A DNA stretch of 62,978 bases, filler included, from Dugesia japonica (GCA_001938525.1; 6 parts of 6 records of this genome joined end to end with filler, not necessarily neighbours in it); one strand, 5' to 3'. Shown: positions 25,775-40,203, counted from the whole stretch's first letter. Made by a program: numbers and translations. The notes: generated by a model from the sequence alone, not told the origin.

Positions 25775-26790
25775 TTTATCCCCAAGCAGGCCTCAAAAAT
25801 ACCCATTCTTGAGACTTTTCCCCTTTATTATCATCTCTAAGTTTCCCTTTTACTAAATTCTAGCTGTTACTATAAAATATGTGATCTTTATCATAATTAG
25901 AAGTAGCTGATCTTTTACTATATTCGCTGTTATTGTTTCTAATTTAATATTTCCATTTCTAGAAAAAACTATCTGTATCGCCGGCTAAAATATTTATGTT
26001 AAAATTAGATTCTTTCCTATACTTGTTCAACTCAATGTATTGAAGTTTGTACATTCTAAATTTTGAAAGGTCAAGTTTAATTTGCCTCATGTAGCTCAGA
26101 CGATATTAATAAACTTTATCCTTATTCAGAAGAACAACTTTCAAATCATCATCAATTTTTTTGGTTTTCTTAAATCTGTCTTCTGATGTGTATTTAATCA
26201 AGTTTTTCGCTGAATTACATAATCGCAGGTTGATACTATTTTTAAAATTTTTCACTTACTTTCCATATAAATCGTGGTTTACCAGTTTATAATAGTCTTC
26301 ATAAAATTTTGTATTGCAATTTTATCTGAGAATGGTTTTGGTATTGATATAATTCTCAAAAATTGAAGCAAGGCTAAATTTAGCACCTCTATGAACCTCT
26401 GTTACTTAAATCTCTAAACTTAAATACATTTGCAGCAATCTCTAGGGCACTACGTATTTGATCTTGGAGTAGTGCGTTAACATTAAATTTTTACTTTTGA
26501 ACCTAGAGAGCTTCTATGTTCTGCTGCAATTGGTAAATCATTCAAATATTCATGTATTTCTGTTGAAATAATTATGTTCCCTTCTAGTGTGTATCCATAT
26601 GGTAATGAGTCTAAGCTTGCATTCCAGGTCTGCAAAATAAATTCTATCTAATCCATCATAGATCCACTCAAACTTTGCATAGAACAACTTTTAATTAAGT
26701 GCCAAACCATAAAGATTACTAGTATCTATATACAACAACTTATTATCTTGAAATAAATCTGTTATTTCTTTCTCCATTATTCTTTCCTTA
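25775..26790 (-). mobile_element. Polinton/Maverick protein-primed family B DNA polymerase fragment (family A), degenerate
   Basis: KLLYIDTSNLYGLAL, YGYTLEGNIIISTEIHEYLNDLPIAAEH, EDYYKLVNHDLYGK and EWVFLRP, with stops and frameshifts. Confidence 0.8.
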
Positions 26791-26834
26791 TCACCATATT
26801 CCATTTTTATTAATAAAATATTTAGTCTAACAAA

Positions 26835-27360
26835 ATGTCTTCAGTATCAGAAAAAGAATTAATTGATTTGGTAAATTCAAATAAATGTAAATCTGTAAAA
26901 ATTAATGGTAAAAACTACTGAATTGGTAGTAAAGTTAAAGAAGAAATAAAAAAGAAACTGTCAACCGATAAAGAATATGACGGCGTAGTATTTCCTTTAT
27001 TAGGATTAATTTCTGGGATAATTTCCGGAATAAAAACTGCAACTGGAGCTACTGCAGCTGGAGCTGGAGCAGCTTCTGATATAGCTTCTACTGTAAGTAA
27101 TTTCAGAGATGCAATTAAAAAACAAAAAGAAATTGAATTAGTTAAATTACAGAAAAAGGATTTAGAAAAAAATTAGAAGCAAATAAAACTGGTTTAGGAC
27201 TTTACTTAAAACCTTATCAAGGTTCTACAATTCATAAATATTTTAAAAATAGTTTACCAAAGTCAGGGTTGAAGATGATTACTAAAAACTTTAAAAATGC
27301 AATACAAGTTAAATTAAAAGGTGATGGTTTATATTTAAAACATTATGAAAATCCTAAATA
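26835..27360 (+). pseudogene. Polinton structural-protein gene (GxGLYLKPY type), disrupted
   Basis: DGVVFPLLGLISGIISG...ATAAGAGAASDIASTVSNFRDAIKKQKEIEL...KTGLGLYLKPYQG...KGDGLYLKHY. One internal stop and a frameshift. Confidence 0.65.
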
Positions 27361-27362
27361 AA

Positions 27363-28090
27363 ATGGATAATGAACAAATGACAGCAAGAATAAAACTTTT
27401 GAAAGAATTAATTAAAGCTCAAGATGACTATGATAATTTATTTACTACAGAAGTAATTGAATAAAAATCTTTACAAGACACTTTAACTGTTCAACAACAA
27501 CATACTATTAAGGTAATTACAAATTTAAGCACAAATCCTAAAGGAGCCCAAACAAAACCCACAAACCCTTTTGTAAAAAGAATAACATTCTTTTCAAGTA
27601 CTATTATAAATACTGAATTTTTAAAATCTCCAACAAATATACCTATAGTTGAAAGAAGTTATTGATAATACAAACTTTCAAAAAATAATTTATCCTAATC
27701 TTAAAGGATCACAAACAGTAATATATTTATTTGAAGAAAATAGAAAATATACTTTTCAAATAACCAAGAACTAATTCCCTATTCTGAAGAAGTAATGAAT
27801 TTAATTTTAGGAAATCGAAGTAATGATCTAGACGCTAAAAATATTTATTTAAATAAATTTAATATTACAGTTCATCCTAATTCTAAATATTATAAATTAT
27901 TAGCTGGAGAAAAAAAACTCCTTCTAGTCGATAGCGAGAGCAAGCTCCTGAAACCTCTAAAATACCAAAGCTTAAAAAATAAATCCCAGTTGAAAAAGAA
28001 GTTATAAGTGATAGTTTAGAATTAGATCATAAAAACGAACGTGATCCATTATCTTTATTTGAAAGATTGACATTATTAATTTCAGCTGTA
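27363..28090 (+). pseudogene. Polinton conserved ORF with a C-terminal DP..L.ERL.LL motif, disrupted
   Basis: Begins MDNEQMTARIKLLKELIKAQDDY and ends RDPLSLFERLTLLISA, like the Polinton DPNELVERLRLL motif. It lies directly behind the previous Polinton gene. Confidence 0.55.
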
Positions 28091-28399
28091 ATGTTGAGAT
28101 ACCTTGGGGGATTTGGCCAAGATAAGTCAACAATGCGTGAGTTTAGCGAATTTAAATTTAAATAATCCCAGTATATTGATGTTATAAAATTGAACTTATA
28201 AACCTTAATATAGCTACTATAAATATAATGATATAATGTATATATAGGCTATATAGTAATCCTTATAAAACTAATGAAAAACTCACTTTTTGTTATATAA
28301 ACTTGATTATAAATGATTACACTGTAATTAGCGTTTTATATTTTTAACCTTCGTTGTAAATCTGAAGATTTGGTGTTATTCTAACATTTACTACTGTAT

Positions 28400-29960
28400 T
28401 TATACTAAAAAATAGGACAATTAAAAATCGCAGTTATTCTTTCCAGAAATAATTAAATTCTTAAAATTTAGACATTTACAAATAAAATTTCATTCAAATC
28501 ATAAAAATTCAAAATTCTGGTAATAATTACTATAATAATTGTCCACATTAAATAAATTTAAAAAATTCCGATAGCAATTAAATAATTGTGGTCTAATATT
28601 GTTGGGAAATTGCTGGAAATAAAACTATTAGAAAGATAAAAATTTTGATAATATTTACAATAATAATTGTTGAAAAGTAAATATTAAAATTTACAATGAA
28701 ATAACAATACTAATAAAATTCGCTAATTTACAAAAAAAAATTAACGCAATATTCAGTTTAAATAATAATATTCAAAGTTCAGTGATCATAAATAAAAATC
28801 ACACAATATTCAGTTCAAAGTTCAGTGATCACAATGATGTAAAATCAGTTCGAATATTGATTTTGTATTGCAGATTGAATATTGATCGAATATTGATTTT
28901 TGGATTGTAGGTTGAATGCTGGTTGAATATTGCTTTGTATATGTTTGTATAATTGTTCATTCTGTTTGTATATAGGTGTATGTGTGCATGTGTATTTAAG
29001 GTTAGTTATATGGTTGGTTTTTCCCGAACAAATGTTCCCCCTTCGAAAAAAGATGCACCCGCATCCTGAGTAAGAAATAGGGTAAAGAATGTACATCTCA
29101 TGCCATGTAATCCAGAGGCTATTTGATTAGTGCAGGATTCATTAAATATACATGGGTTAAATTTGTTCTTGATATTTGGTAAGGTGGGATATGGGGATGT
29201 AGGTCTTGAGAATCTTTCTAAGGGCTGTCGTTGTCTGGTCAAGTTATAAATTTTTGGTTCTTTATTCTTCGATCTTTTACAATGGTCAGTTATCTTTTTT
29301 AGTTCCTGTTGATCTCTTTTTTGCTTTCTTAGGGTTTCATCATAATGCTTAAACAGGGGGGTATTATGGTAAATCTCCAAGTAATTTAGAGTTGATAATG
29401 TTAACAGTGGTGGTAGAAATTTTTTGTCCTGTGTACAAAACTGCATGGCCAGATTCAACTATTTTCTTTTTATTGGATTTCACTTCAACCACGAGTATCG
29501 AAGTATTTCTTTTTGTTATTCATTGTCAATCAGAAGGTTGTCGTATCAACCAGTTTGATAGTATAATCGGGTGACAATATGTTTCGATGATGGAACAAAT
29601 TGAATTGTGAAGCATTTTTATTATTTTGGAATTTTTTGATGAATTCAAATCGGTCTTGAATTTTTATTCTGTTATTAAACCTCATTAATTCGTTGTTGCG
29701 ATGGAGTTGCAAATTGTCTTTTTCCCTTTTTGGGTGGTTAGTGATTTTTGTTGTGAAAAGGTCGTTCTGAATTTGGCGTATTGAAATGAAGTCTCTCTGA
29801 ATGGAGACATTATTATATTTGCCGACTAAATCTCCGAATTCGGGAATATCTTCTTGATGATATAAGGGTAGGCGGTGGGCAATTCTTGTGCAGTAATTGA
29901 AAGGGACTTTAAGGGTTAACATGCTGAGTTGTTGTTCTTTTTTAAGGATGGTGTTTTTTT
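28400..29960 (-). mobile_element. Probable 3' end of an LTR retrotransposon: unknown ORF, polypurine tract and 3' LTR start at 29030
   Basis: The minus strand reads GAAGGGGGAACATT then TGTTCGGG, a PPT followed by TG. It is preceded by disrupted ORFs 29530-29922 and 29006-29458 with no recognisable pol motif. The distal LTR boundary is not defined. Confidence 0.4.
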
Positions 29961-30279
29961 AAAAGATACTCTTTTAGGGTGAAAAGCATCAATCCTACAT
30001 GAATAATAATAAAACTTGAATTAAAACCAAGAGTGATTTAATTATTAAAATAAATAAATCAAATGATTGAATCTTTTAATTCTTTGAAAACTGATTTTAA
30101 AAATGAGCTAACGCAAATGAAGAGTGATCCCGACGGTTTCCATTTAAAAATACACAAGTTAAAAAAGAAATCAAAAAGATCTGGGAAAAAATTGAAAAGC
30201 TCACAAAAGCTGGCATATTCTAAAATAGTAAAACCAATATATGGAAATTTAATATATTTTAATTTTGTTTTATGAAAAT

Positions 30280-32672
30280 AAATTGCAGCTGATTCTGCTT
30301 CGCCATTTTCTTTAAAACTAAATATTTTACTAGATTTAAAATTAATTTAACTTGCAAATTTCTGATATTCTTTATCATTATCTACAATTTCAACATTAAA
30401 CCTATTTCTTATATTTTCTAGTGTTTTTCCATAGAAACCATTATTTGATAATATTAAGAAATAATCTCCAAAAATATTATTATTTCTTTTTGATTCATTT
30501 TTTTGATCAATATTAAATTGAATATAATCTTTTAACCAAGGTTTTGTGGGCATTTTATATTTAGAATGTATTTTTAAATTTTCATTCCTAATCATAAATC
30601 TAAAGTACTTCCTAAAATAATATAATTTTGTTTATCAAATTGATTCAAAGTTAATATAACATTTTTCTTTGATAATTTATTTTCAAAGCTTAATTGATAA
30701 GGTGCCAACATTTCTTTAGTTATATTTATTGGATCTGGGGCTAAAGGAAAGTATTTAGTTTTCTCATGTATCTCTTTTGGATATTCCCAATCTACTTCAT
30801 AAATATAATTAATTTTATCTGTTGATTTAATAAATTCTAAGTCCTTAGATTTATAGATTTCTCCTGTTGTAGGGGCTTAGTTATACAGGATGCATACAAA
30901 GAATTTTCATCAAAATATTTTATAAATGTATCTTCAAAATTATTTTGTGAATATATTTGTTTTCCTTTAAATAATAAATTTAATAAATCATTCATTTGTG
31001 CTTGATTTACTTTTTTGTATTTTGAATTTCATTATTATCATGACTAAATACTTGTCTTTCTCCACAAACTACTGAAAATCCACTTCTAACTCCTCTTTCT
31101 ATTTTAATAAATCTATCATAAGTTTTTTTTTGAGCATATTTTAATTTTACTTGTGTAAATTTTGTTCCAGAATTCCAAGTTAGACATGAGGCTGAATAAC
31201 AGTAACTTGGGTCTTTTTGATAATTATTTAAACATTTTTCTCTAAAATTTTCAAAGAAATCTGCTAAAATAATTACATCTAGTTTCATATAAAACATCAT
31301 ATAATTAAATAAATTACCAAATTGATTAAAGTCTTGTATAAATTCATTATACTCTTGATAATTTATTTTCTTTTGTTTTAATGTGTTGTTAAAATCTTCT
31401 TTTGTTGGAATATTACTACTTTTTAATAATTCAATTACTTGATTAATATTATTTCCTTTTACATATTCATAAGGAAATGCTATTTTCTTTGCTTTTAAAT
31501 TAAATGATTTTAGATGATTATAATTATTAGATTGATTTAACATATAACCCATTTTCTCAATTGATGTAAATGGACACATTCTTGCTGAATCTAAAAATCT
31601 AATACTTTCATACTAGAATGAAATGCAAACTTCATCTGTATGTGAAATTATCTTTTTAAATTTGTTTGGATATTTACTAATTAATTCTTTGAAAAATAAA
31701 TGATTATCATACCCAGATGCATTGTGAAAGTAAAATGAAATAAATAAATTTTTTAAAGATTTATCTTGTAAATTACATTTTGAATGTGAATAACCTCTAA
31801 ATTCTCCATTAAAGTGATCATGATCAATTACTGGATTTTCAGGACCCATTTCTTTATCACAATATCTGCATTTTAGGTGAGCTTGCTCACCTTCCCCAAG
31901 NNNNNNNNNNNNNNNNNNNNNNNNNNNNNNNNNNNNNNNNNNNNNNNNNNNNNNNNNNNNNNNNNNNNNNNNNNNNNNNNNNNNAAAGAACTGTTCATGA
32001 ATATTTTCTCCATAAAATTCTTTGTATTCATTTTTCATTAAATGTGGATATTTACTTACAGGTGATTCCAAGTGATAAAGGTTTTTGTTTCTTTGTGTTA
32101 ATATTAGTCCAACTTTGAAAATCACCATAAATTACAAATGGTATTTTATTTTTATAATAATAACTTTGATAATAATAGTTATAATGTTTTGGAAATACTA
32201 CATTTTTAATTTCATGATTGATACATTCCTTTTGATGTTTTGTTAATAAATCTTTACTTCCATATAAATTCATACATCTAATACACAAATGATTTTTATT
32301 TCTATTTGTTGTCCAAAATACTTGAACATCTCTACATAAAACAAAATGATTTTTATAAACTAATAAATTACACTTATTCTGCTCTAGTTTAGGTTTAGTT
32401 TCGTAATGTGAAATATATAAAGGTTCAACTATTTTAGAAACAGTTACAGTAAATACATTTATTTTAAAATCATTTAATTATTCAAATTTTTTAACATCAT
32501 CAATATTTACTGGAAATTTAATTTCATTTGTATTTATTTCATTTAAAAAAGAAATATAATTACTAACTCTAGTTGGATTATTAAATATATGTTTATGAAC
32601 TAAAATTGAATATAGAAAACATTTTTCATCTTTATTTTCAATATTAATTACACCTGGTTTTGAGAATGGTAA
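30280..32672 (-). mobile_element. Polinton/Maverick pPolB gene (family B) with an N-terminal endonuclease VII-like motif, degenerate
   Basis: CIRCMN...HQKEC, IPFVIYGDFQS, CRYC...DHDHFNGEFRGYSHSKCNL, FHNASGYDNHL, FPYEY, YMKLDVIILADFFENFR and NNGFYGKTLENIRNR. Several stops; runs into the contig end. Confidence 0.9.
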
Positions 32673-32773
32673 TNNNNNNNNNNNNNNNNNNNNNNNNNNN
32701 NNNNNNNNNNNNNNNNNTTAATTAATTAANNNNNNNNNNNNNNNNNNNNNNNNNNNNNNNNNNNNNNNNNNNN

Positions 32774-32841
32774 ATATTATATTATATTATATTATATTAT
32801 ATTATATTATATTATATTATATTATATTATATTATATTATA
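32774..32841. repeat. (ATATT)n microsatellite
   Basis: Perfect pentamer tandem repeat at the contig start. Confidence 0.95.
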
Positions 32842-33399
32842 TGAAAAATTCATTAATTTAAAACGAACATTATTTTTAGTTTCTAAAATCCAGGTGTCGG
32901 TATACCAGAAATCGGTATCACATTTTCAAAACAAAAAGGTTTTATTATTTCCATGTTTTTTTAGTATTTACATCTTTTTTTGACGAAAAAGGTTTGAGTA
33001 AATTATATTTTATCAGTTTTAATATGAAAAGTTCTCATTGATTATGTTGAAAACGAATTTGTAATTTCCTCGATGGCAGAAAATGTAAACAATTTGATTT
33101 TTTATTATTAAATTAAATTCTTTAGAAGCATTGACAAAATTATTTTAGAATATTATTTTATATATCAACCGTTTCAATTTGTCCACATTTAATTATTTTT
33201 CATAAATTCCCTCAATGTTGGCTTTAAAATAAACGAATGTTTCATCGTTCTAATAGTAAATCCATTAATCAATAAACCAATTTAGAAATTGATGCCAGTC
33301 TATTTATTTGTTTCATTGAATTAATGTTGGTACTGAGAGCAAAACCCTTGTTTAATATTAAAATTTACTAACTTTTCTGACGGGTATTTACTCGCAAAC

Positions 33400-36300
33400 A
33401 CTCTTCTCTGTCTGTTAATATGCTTTTTGGTTTGCCAAAACGATGTATCCATTTGTTCAAAATAATTCCGAAAACAGTTTCTTAATATATCTTTGCTAAC
33501 GCTGATATATTTACTAGTTTGCTAAACTGATAATAATAATTCTTTATTAATTTGTCTGATAATTTCTTTAGTTATACTCATTGGTACTGCTATCAAATTT
33601 TTATTTTTTCTTTTTACGACTAATAACCCATCATTCTATTTTAACTAGCTACCAAGTTTATCCAAATAGTTTACCTGAATGAACATCTTTTGCTAGTCGT
33701 CCTTTATTTTGCATTATTTCAATTCTTCTTTGTATTATTGGAGTATCTTTCTGTGTCATCCCGAATTTTGTCTACGATGTTTTGTTCATTGTATAATGTT
33801 AATATATTTTACTTTTGATTATTCTTTCTTGTCATCCAAATGTGCTGTTTGGCATCGTGAGAATATACTCCAAATTATCCACGATAATCCATCAGCATTG
33901 TTAATTTCTGCCCTTTACTACATTTTAACTCAAAATCATATTCACTCAGATTTGCCATCTACGTCTGAAATTTTGGGTTTATCGGTTTTTTGTGTAATTC
34001 ATAAATATTACTTCTTTGTGATCTTTACTTGCGAAGAATCTCTTTCCATATAGATATTGCTTGAAATGTACAACATATTCTATATGCTAGCACCACCTCT
34101 TCATCATCTTCCGTTCTTTGGTTCAACACTACACCGATAGCTCCGAAACTTACATCAAAATCTAAGATAAACTTTATATTTTCCCTTGGATAATCTATAA
34201 ATGGTGCATTACATAACTTGTCTGTTAAGTTTTCAAAACATATTCAACATTCTTCTATCAACAGCAAAGTTTTGTAACATTTTAAGATTGCTGCGTACAA
34301 AGATGTTCTGGCGAAATCCTTGAAAAAACGCTTATAATAATTAGTTTATCCAAGAAAAAACCTGAGTTTAGATGAGCATTTTGGTTATTCAGCATTTTTG
34401 ATTTTCTGAATCTTAGTTTCGTTTGTTTTTATTCCTTCTACATTTTTTGTATGTTTAAAAAGATCAGTTAATATTGAAAATTTATATTTTTCTGGATTTA
34501 TCCTCAATCCTCATTCTGTTAAAAACTTTATTCAAAATTTCATTTCGACATTCAACCGTTCTTCCATACACTAATATATCGTCTAGATACACCATGGCAC
34601 CTTTTAAAATTAACCCAGTAAATATATCATAAATCAATTTTTGAAACGTTGCCGATACCGTTACTAACCCTAATGGGATTTGAATGAGCTTAAATGGACT
34701 TTCTTTTGTTCTTAATGCCATAATATCTCTCGAGCTTTCTGTTTATTTGTCCTAATAGTAAGCTTTTTCTAAATCAATTGAAGAAAATATTTTTACACAT
34801 GCTAAACAATCTAATAATAACTGAATGTCTGACATTGGAAATAAAGCTATTTAGGTGATCATATTCAGTTATTTATAATCGACACACATTCTTATCGAAC
34901 CATCTTTTTTTCCAACAATTATAAAAATGAATTCCACAGACTTTTAAATTTGCTAATTGCACTAATACTTATTGAATTCTGTATCATTTCGTCAATATTG
35001 TTTTCCAAGTACATCGGTTGTCTCCTGGGATATTGAAATATTGGATCTACAAATATTTTATTTCATGTATCACCTGTTTTATGTGTCCTATATTGAACTT
35101 AGACGCCATTAATATTTCACCAAATTTTGAAATTTGATCATTTAGATCTTTGTTATTTGTTTATTTGAAAACATTTAGTTCAAATTCTTTCTATCATCGT
35201 TTAAGTGGATTCTTCCCAAGCATTCAGTTTCAATGTTATTAACTTCAGTCCGAAACATTTGATTGCATCTATCCCACCAATAAATTAAAGTTGTATCTTT
35301 TTAACTATTATTATTTTGATGACTCTTATTTTATTCTTCTATTTAAAGATCAGTTCTACACTTCCCAACGGACTCTCTCCACTACTCAAAAATACCTCAT
35401 TTAATGTGATGTTACATCATAACAAGGATGATTTCCCTACCTTCAATCAGTACTCTTCACTAATAATTGTAATTGATGCTCCTGAATTCCATAACATTTC
35501 CAATTTTACTCCATTAACGTTCACTCTGCTTCACTCTCTTCCGTCTTCTTTTTCATACATCTCTCTTCTGTCTTCATCATTTCGATTACTAATTTTATTT
35601 ACAAAATGTATGCAACGGAGGTGTTCAGGTTTTTTTCCATGACAATATCATGCATTTTAAAGATTTCAATTTTGTCAATTTGTACCTTTTGTTCCTCTTG
35701 AATGCATAGAGTTTTAGTATTTCCGCTATTAAATCGACCTTACACAAAATAAAATTGCTAAAAATTGTGTCAAGCATTCGGTATGTCAAACATTTGTCTT
35801 TTGATGGACATTGATAACGAATATGCTAATTAACTCTTCGACAATAGCATTATCTTTCTCGTCATTTTTCTTCTTGTGGTTTTGAAAATCCTCTATATCT
35901 GTTAATATTTTAACTTGAAAGCTTGTTCATCGAAACTGTCAGTTTTCTACTTAAACTTTGCGTTCTGCTCTCTGTAATAACTGGTTGTGACATGCTCTTG
36001 TTGTATTTTCTCTGATGCGTTGACATTTCAGTCTTTGTTTATTCATATCTTCCATTACTATTGATTTTAAAACTAATTGACGACTGGTTTTGAGTTTCTC
36101 TCTCATGACTACTTCGGTCTTTTTTTAACACAATTACGTAACTCTTTCTCTATATTGCATATTTTCATTTCCAGCAACACGCTGGAAATATTCTTTATCT
36201 TCATAGTTTTTTTTCTAGAAATCTCATCTCAGCAACTTTAATGTCTTGTCTTATTGTAAGCGTCTCTCGCAAATTTAGATTCCTGACCTTATTTGTTAGA

Positions 36301-36577
36301 ATTTACAATTTCGTCATTACTTAATCCTAAATTTAATACTCAGTTAACTAAATTCCTTTCTCATATCTCGAACGTTTTTGGCGTGTCACTACATTTTCGG
36401 CGTGGTTGCCAGTTATGTTACTTTCAAAATCTGACTTCATACAATTAAAATATATATTAAAAATCAAAATTACAACAATTTCTAATAATATATAATGTAA
36501 ATCTCTGTAACTCTTCTAAAAGAGATATTCTTTTTACAGACCCTAAATTCATGTCTAAACTACTAGTATACAAAACA
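33400..36577 (-). mobile_element. Degenerate Ty3/Gypsy retrotransposon with 5' LTR (36416-36577) and PBS
   Basis: A TGTT...AACA segment of 162 nt is followed on the minus strand by TAACTGGCAACCACG (PBS-like). RT motifs FSSIDLEKAYY, PLGLVTVSATFQ and VYLDDILVYG; RNase H FILDFDVSFGAIGVVL; NADGLS. No second LTR was found. Confidence 0.82.
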
Positions 36578-36593
36578 TTGTCAATATTATTCT

Positions 36594-36815
36594 TATTATA
36601 TTATATTATATTATATTATATTATATTATATTATATTATATTATATTATATTATATTATATNNNNNNNNNNNNNNNNNNNNNNNNNNNNNNNNNNNNNNN
36701 NNNNNNNNNNNNNNNNNNNNNNNNNNNNNNNNNNNNNNNNNNNNNNATTATATTATATTATATTATATTATATTATATTATATTATATTATATTATATTA
36801 TATTATATTATATTA
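36594..36815. repeat. (TTATA)n microsatellite spanning a gap
   Basis: Pentamer tandem repeat on both sides of the Ns. Confidence 0.95.
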
Positions 36816-37346
36816 TGAGTGTTAAAGAAAATATTTGGATATTATTTAACATTTTTAAAATTAAAATTAAAATTTTCTATTGTTTTTCATAAACGAGAAA
36901 TTTATCAAATTTTACAAATTTTTAATTCTCCTCATAAAGAGAAATTAGGTCACCTTTTAAAAGCAAATAAACTTTTATGATGCAATTAATTGAAAGCCAA
37001 TTGACACATAATATTGAATTTTAATAATAGGCGATTGAATTAAATTGCAATTGTAGAATTAGTTTTTAAAATTTAATAAATAAAGTTATTTCAGTTATGA
37101 GCAAATGCAATTATATAGGGAAATTGAAAAAAATATAAATCTTTAAATCAACATAAATAAGATGATTTATAATAAATATAAGTGAAATTGAAATTATTGA
37201 ATAAGTAGAAAGGAAGGTAAATAATTTCATTGGTAGAATAAATAAGTAAATTATTATGTATTTATTTATAATGAAGAAGCACAAATAATTAAATATTCAC
37301 CGAAATCATGCAGCTAATAAGAGTGGATCAAACAGATTATCTAGAC

Positions 37347-39313
37347 CAGGGGCCTCTAAACCTTTCAGTCTGAGGGCCACATTAACTATCAAACATCAGT
37401 TTGTGGGCCGACTACACACTCTACGTTCAAATAAAAAAGAATCAAAACATAGATTTTGTTTTTTATTATTTATTTAATATTTCTTTATTCAATTATTATT
37501 TAATAACACCTTGATACACTTCACATAAACACCTGTATTGATGGGAATGGTGAAATCTTTTACTGGATGCCAAAACAGCAGAAATTTCTGGCTTAAGATT
37601 TGATGTTGCTAACATCGACAGTGACCTGATATTATCATTAGACAAGTTTGTTCTCAGATTGTTCTTTATGTATTTCATTCTTGAAAATGTGTTTTCACAT
37701 AAGTATGTTTTTTTAAAGATTGAAAGGTACCTTGTTGCAAAGGTTTTGACATTAGGAACATCTTCCATGTCAAAAGCCTGGTAAAAGCTTAACATTCCTT
37801 CTTTGAACTTGTCCCTAAGAGGGAATTTGCTTGCAACTCAATGATCTCCAGCTGCAGTTCATCTGGGCAACTGCTTTAAATAGGTTTTGAAACAGTCTCA
37901 CTTCTTCTGCCTTTGAATCCACGTCTCAAGGATGTAGGCAACTTTATTACCATAGTTAAGGATTAATCTTTATTTAAGAATTTACTGAACAATATCCTCT
38001 TCAATGTGAGTTGATTTTGTAATTCAAAACGTTTGGCACGGACTCTACCCTTTAACTATGCATATTTCTCCTGATATTTACTTCGATGATGATAGCTTAG
38101 GTTGTGTTCTTTCACCATTGTCACGTTGTCGTTGCAAATCACACACAATGCTTTCTCGCTGGATTTGATGAAGAGGCATTTCAAACTTCATTCATCTTAA
38201 AATTGCAGACACTCATCGTCTATTTTTCTTTTCTTCTTCTCGGTCATCGTTGAGCACTAAAATAAAATTACCTCATGAATAACCAGTGAAACCGAAACTA
38301 TCTTGCACAAGATTTTACAGATATACAATGCAAGAATCTTACGTACTCAAGATAACCAAATGTGTTTTTCTGAATAAATTCCAATGCAAAATATTTAAGG
38401 TGCGAAGTCGAAAGTTAATACTCAAATAATAACAACTTTCAAATATTCAACTATAATAATTTTTAATTCACTATTTCAAAATCACTCAAATCACCAAAAT
38501 TAAAACATGTCAAAAGTTTTAATTTATTAATTTACAATAAGAAAAACAATCAAAGTTTAATAAAAATAAAAACTTAAATCATTCAAAAATAATGACACCT
38601 CACAGTTACCATTTCCGAAAGAAATAACAAATTTAAATAAATAGATAATAATATTCTTATCGACCGCCAAGAAATTACAAAACTCATAATTTGATTCAAG
38701 AAGCGCCAAAAGGAATCTTAAAGAAAAAGTAAATAACTTTTTATTGTAAATAAATTTTGTTCTAACAATTAGTTGCTAATTTTGTTAATAATTTTATTTT
38801 TTACTGTACTTAAGTGAGTTGCTTTTCATGTTTCCTCTTCAGAATAATCTGAAAATTCTTTTTAAACTAACCACATTCCCAATACTTTATATACACAGGT
38901 AAGTAATTGTGAGAAGGAAATTATCACTAAAGAAAATAGAATACAACATTTTTCGCAATTAGACGCTAACTGGCACCAAAATCTCATTGCAAGTGTTACC
39001 CTCAACTGGGAAACTGTGATCAAAATAATCAAGTCTTAAACAAGTAGCAAACCAATTAAAACCTCTGTCACTAGATGGCGTTATATCATCTTTTTGACTG
39101 TGAACAGAATTATAAAAGGTAAGCAGCAAATAAGATTTTGTAATGTAGTGATCGGTCGGAAAACATAACGCACTACTGTGCACTTTTATTTTAATTTGGT
39201 AAAATTAAAACATCCATGTAAGCGGCGGCTGATCTTGGCAGGATACATCTAAATTTGCGTATTTATTTCAGCAGATAAAAAGGTCTCCACGGGCCGTAAA
39301 TTTTAGACCCCTG
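37347..39313 (-). mobile_element. Internally deleted hAT element (Buster/SPIN-like) with both TIRs and TSD
   Basis: TIRs CAGGGGCCTCTAAAC and ...TTTTAGACCCCTG, with 8-bp TSD ATCTAGAC/ATTTAGAC. The N-terminus (MTEKKKRKIDDEC..KALCVICNDNVTMVKEHNL) and C-terminal dimerisation domain (TYLCENTFSRMKYIKNNLRTNLS) are kept; the catalytic core is missing. Confidence 0.88.
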
Positions 39314-40145
39314 ATTTAGACAATCAGAAAGAGTCAGTGTGTAAATGAACTGCTACATGTACAACATCAAAATTCAATCATTATAACTTAGCTTTCTAAT
39401 GATATTATATTTTGCACAATGATGACAATTCAATTTATTATTTAGTTATTATTTTATTTTTTATCTTTTATTTCATTTATCTTTTACCTATTTTTCGAAT
39501 ATAAATTATACCCGATATTTCAAACATGGTGATGAGTGCATTGTATATAGGAGTGCATGCTATATCAACCAATTTTTATACATTACAGTATTTTGTGAAT
39601 TCTTGAATAACCTAAATCTTTGCGAAGTTTATAAAATCTGATATAATCTGCAAAGTATATATGTGAAAATACAGTTTTANAAATTATTTCACGAAAAAAT
39701 TAAAATATTGCTATTTTGCTCCAATTTAAATTAATACAAAACGTTTTGATGTTCTATTAAAAATTTAATGAACAAAAACTGATTTGAAAAGATAAATTCA
39801 TTGTTTTTGTTTTATTAAACTTAAATGTTTTTTAAAAATAAAACTTACCGTCCAACATTGATTTAAAATTTATTCGAAACGACAGGTAGCCAACAATAAA
39901 CGATCATTTTATTTTCTTTTATATATAATGAAAAAATAATTTGAAAATATCAATTTTCATAAAACAATCTACATACAATATACAATTTAATAATTTGCAC
40001 GCTACTTCTTTTTTTGTAAAAATATAATGATGCATAAAAAAAAGAAATTCCACAAATTTTATTTTTCTACCCGCATTCTTTGATCACGAGGCGGCTTGCT
40101 GCTCATAAACCACCTAGTATAAATTAGTTATTTTACATATTTTAA

Positions 40146-40203
<58 letters not shown>

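Noticed and set aside
28092-28386. Possible solo LTR (TGTT...AACA)
   Set aside because: No matching target-site duplication and the boundaries are ambiguous.
36551-36892. ORFs of YYIIL repeats and other poly-I, poly-L or poly-Y ORFs (7345, 43061, 43639, 44226, 53136, 53201, 62061)
   Set aside because: They are translations of microsatellites and N runs.
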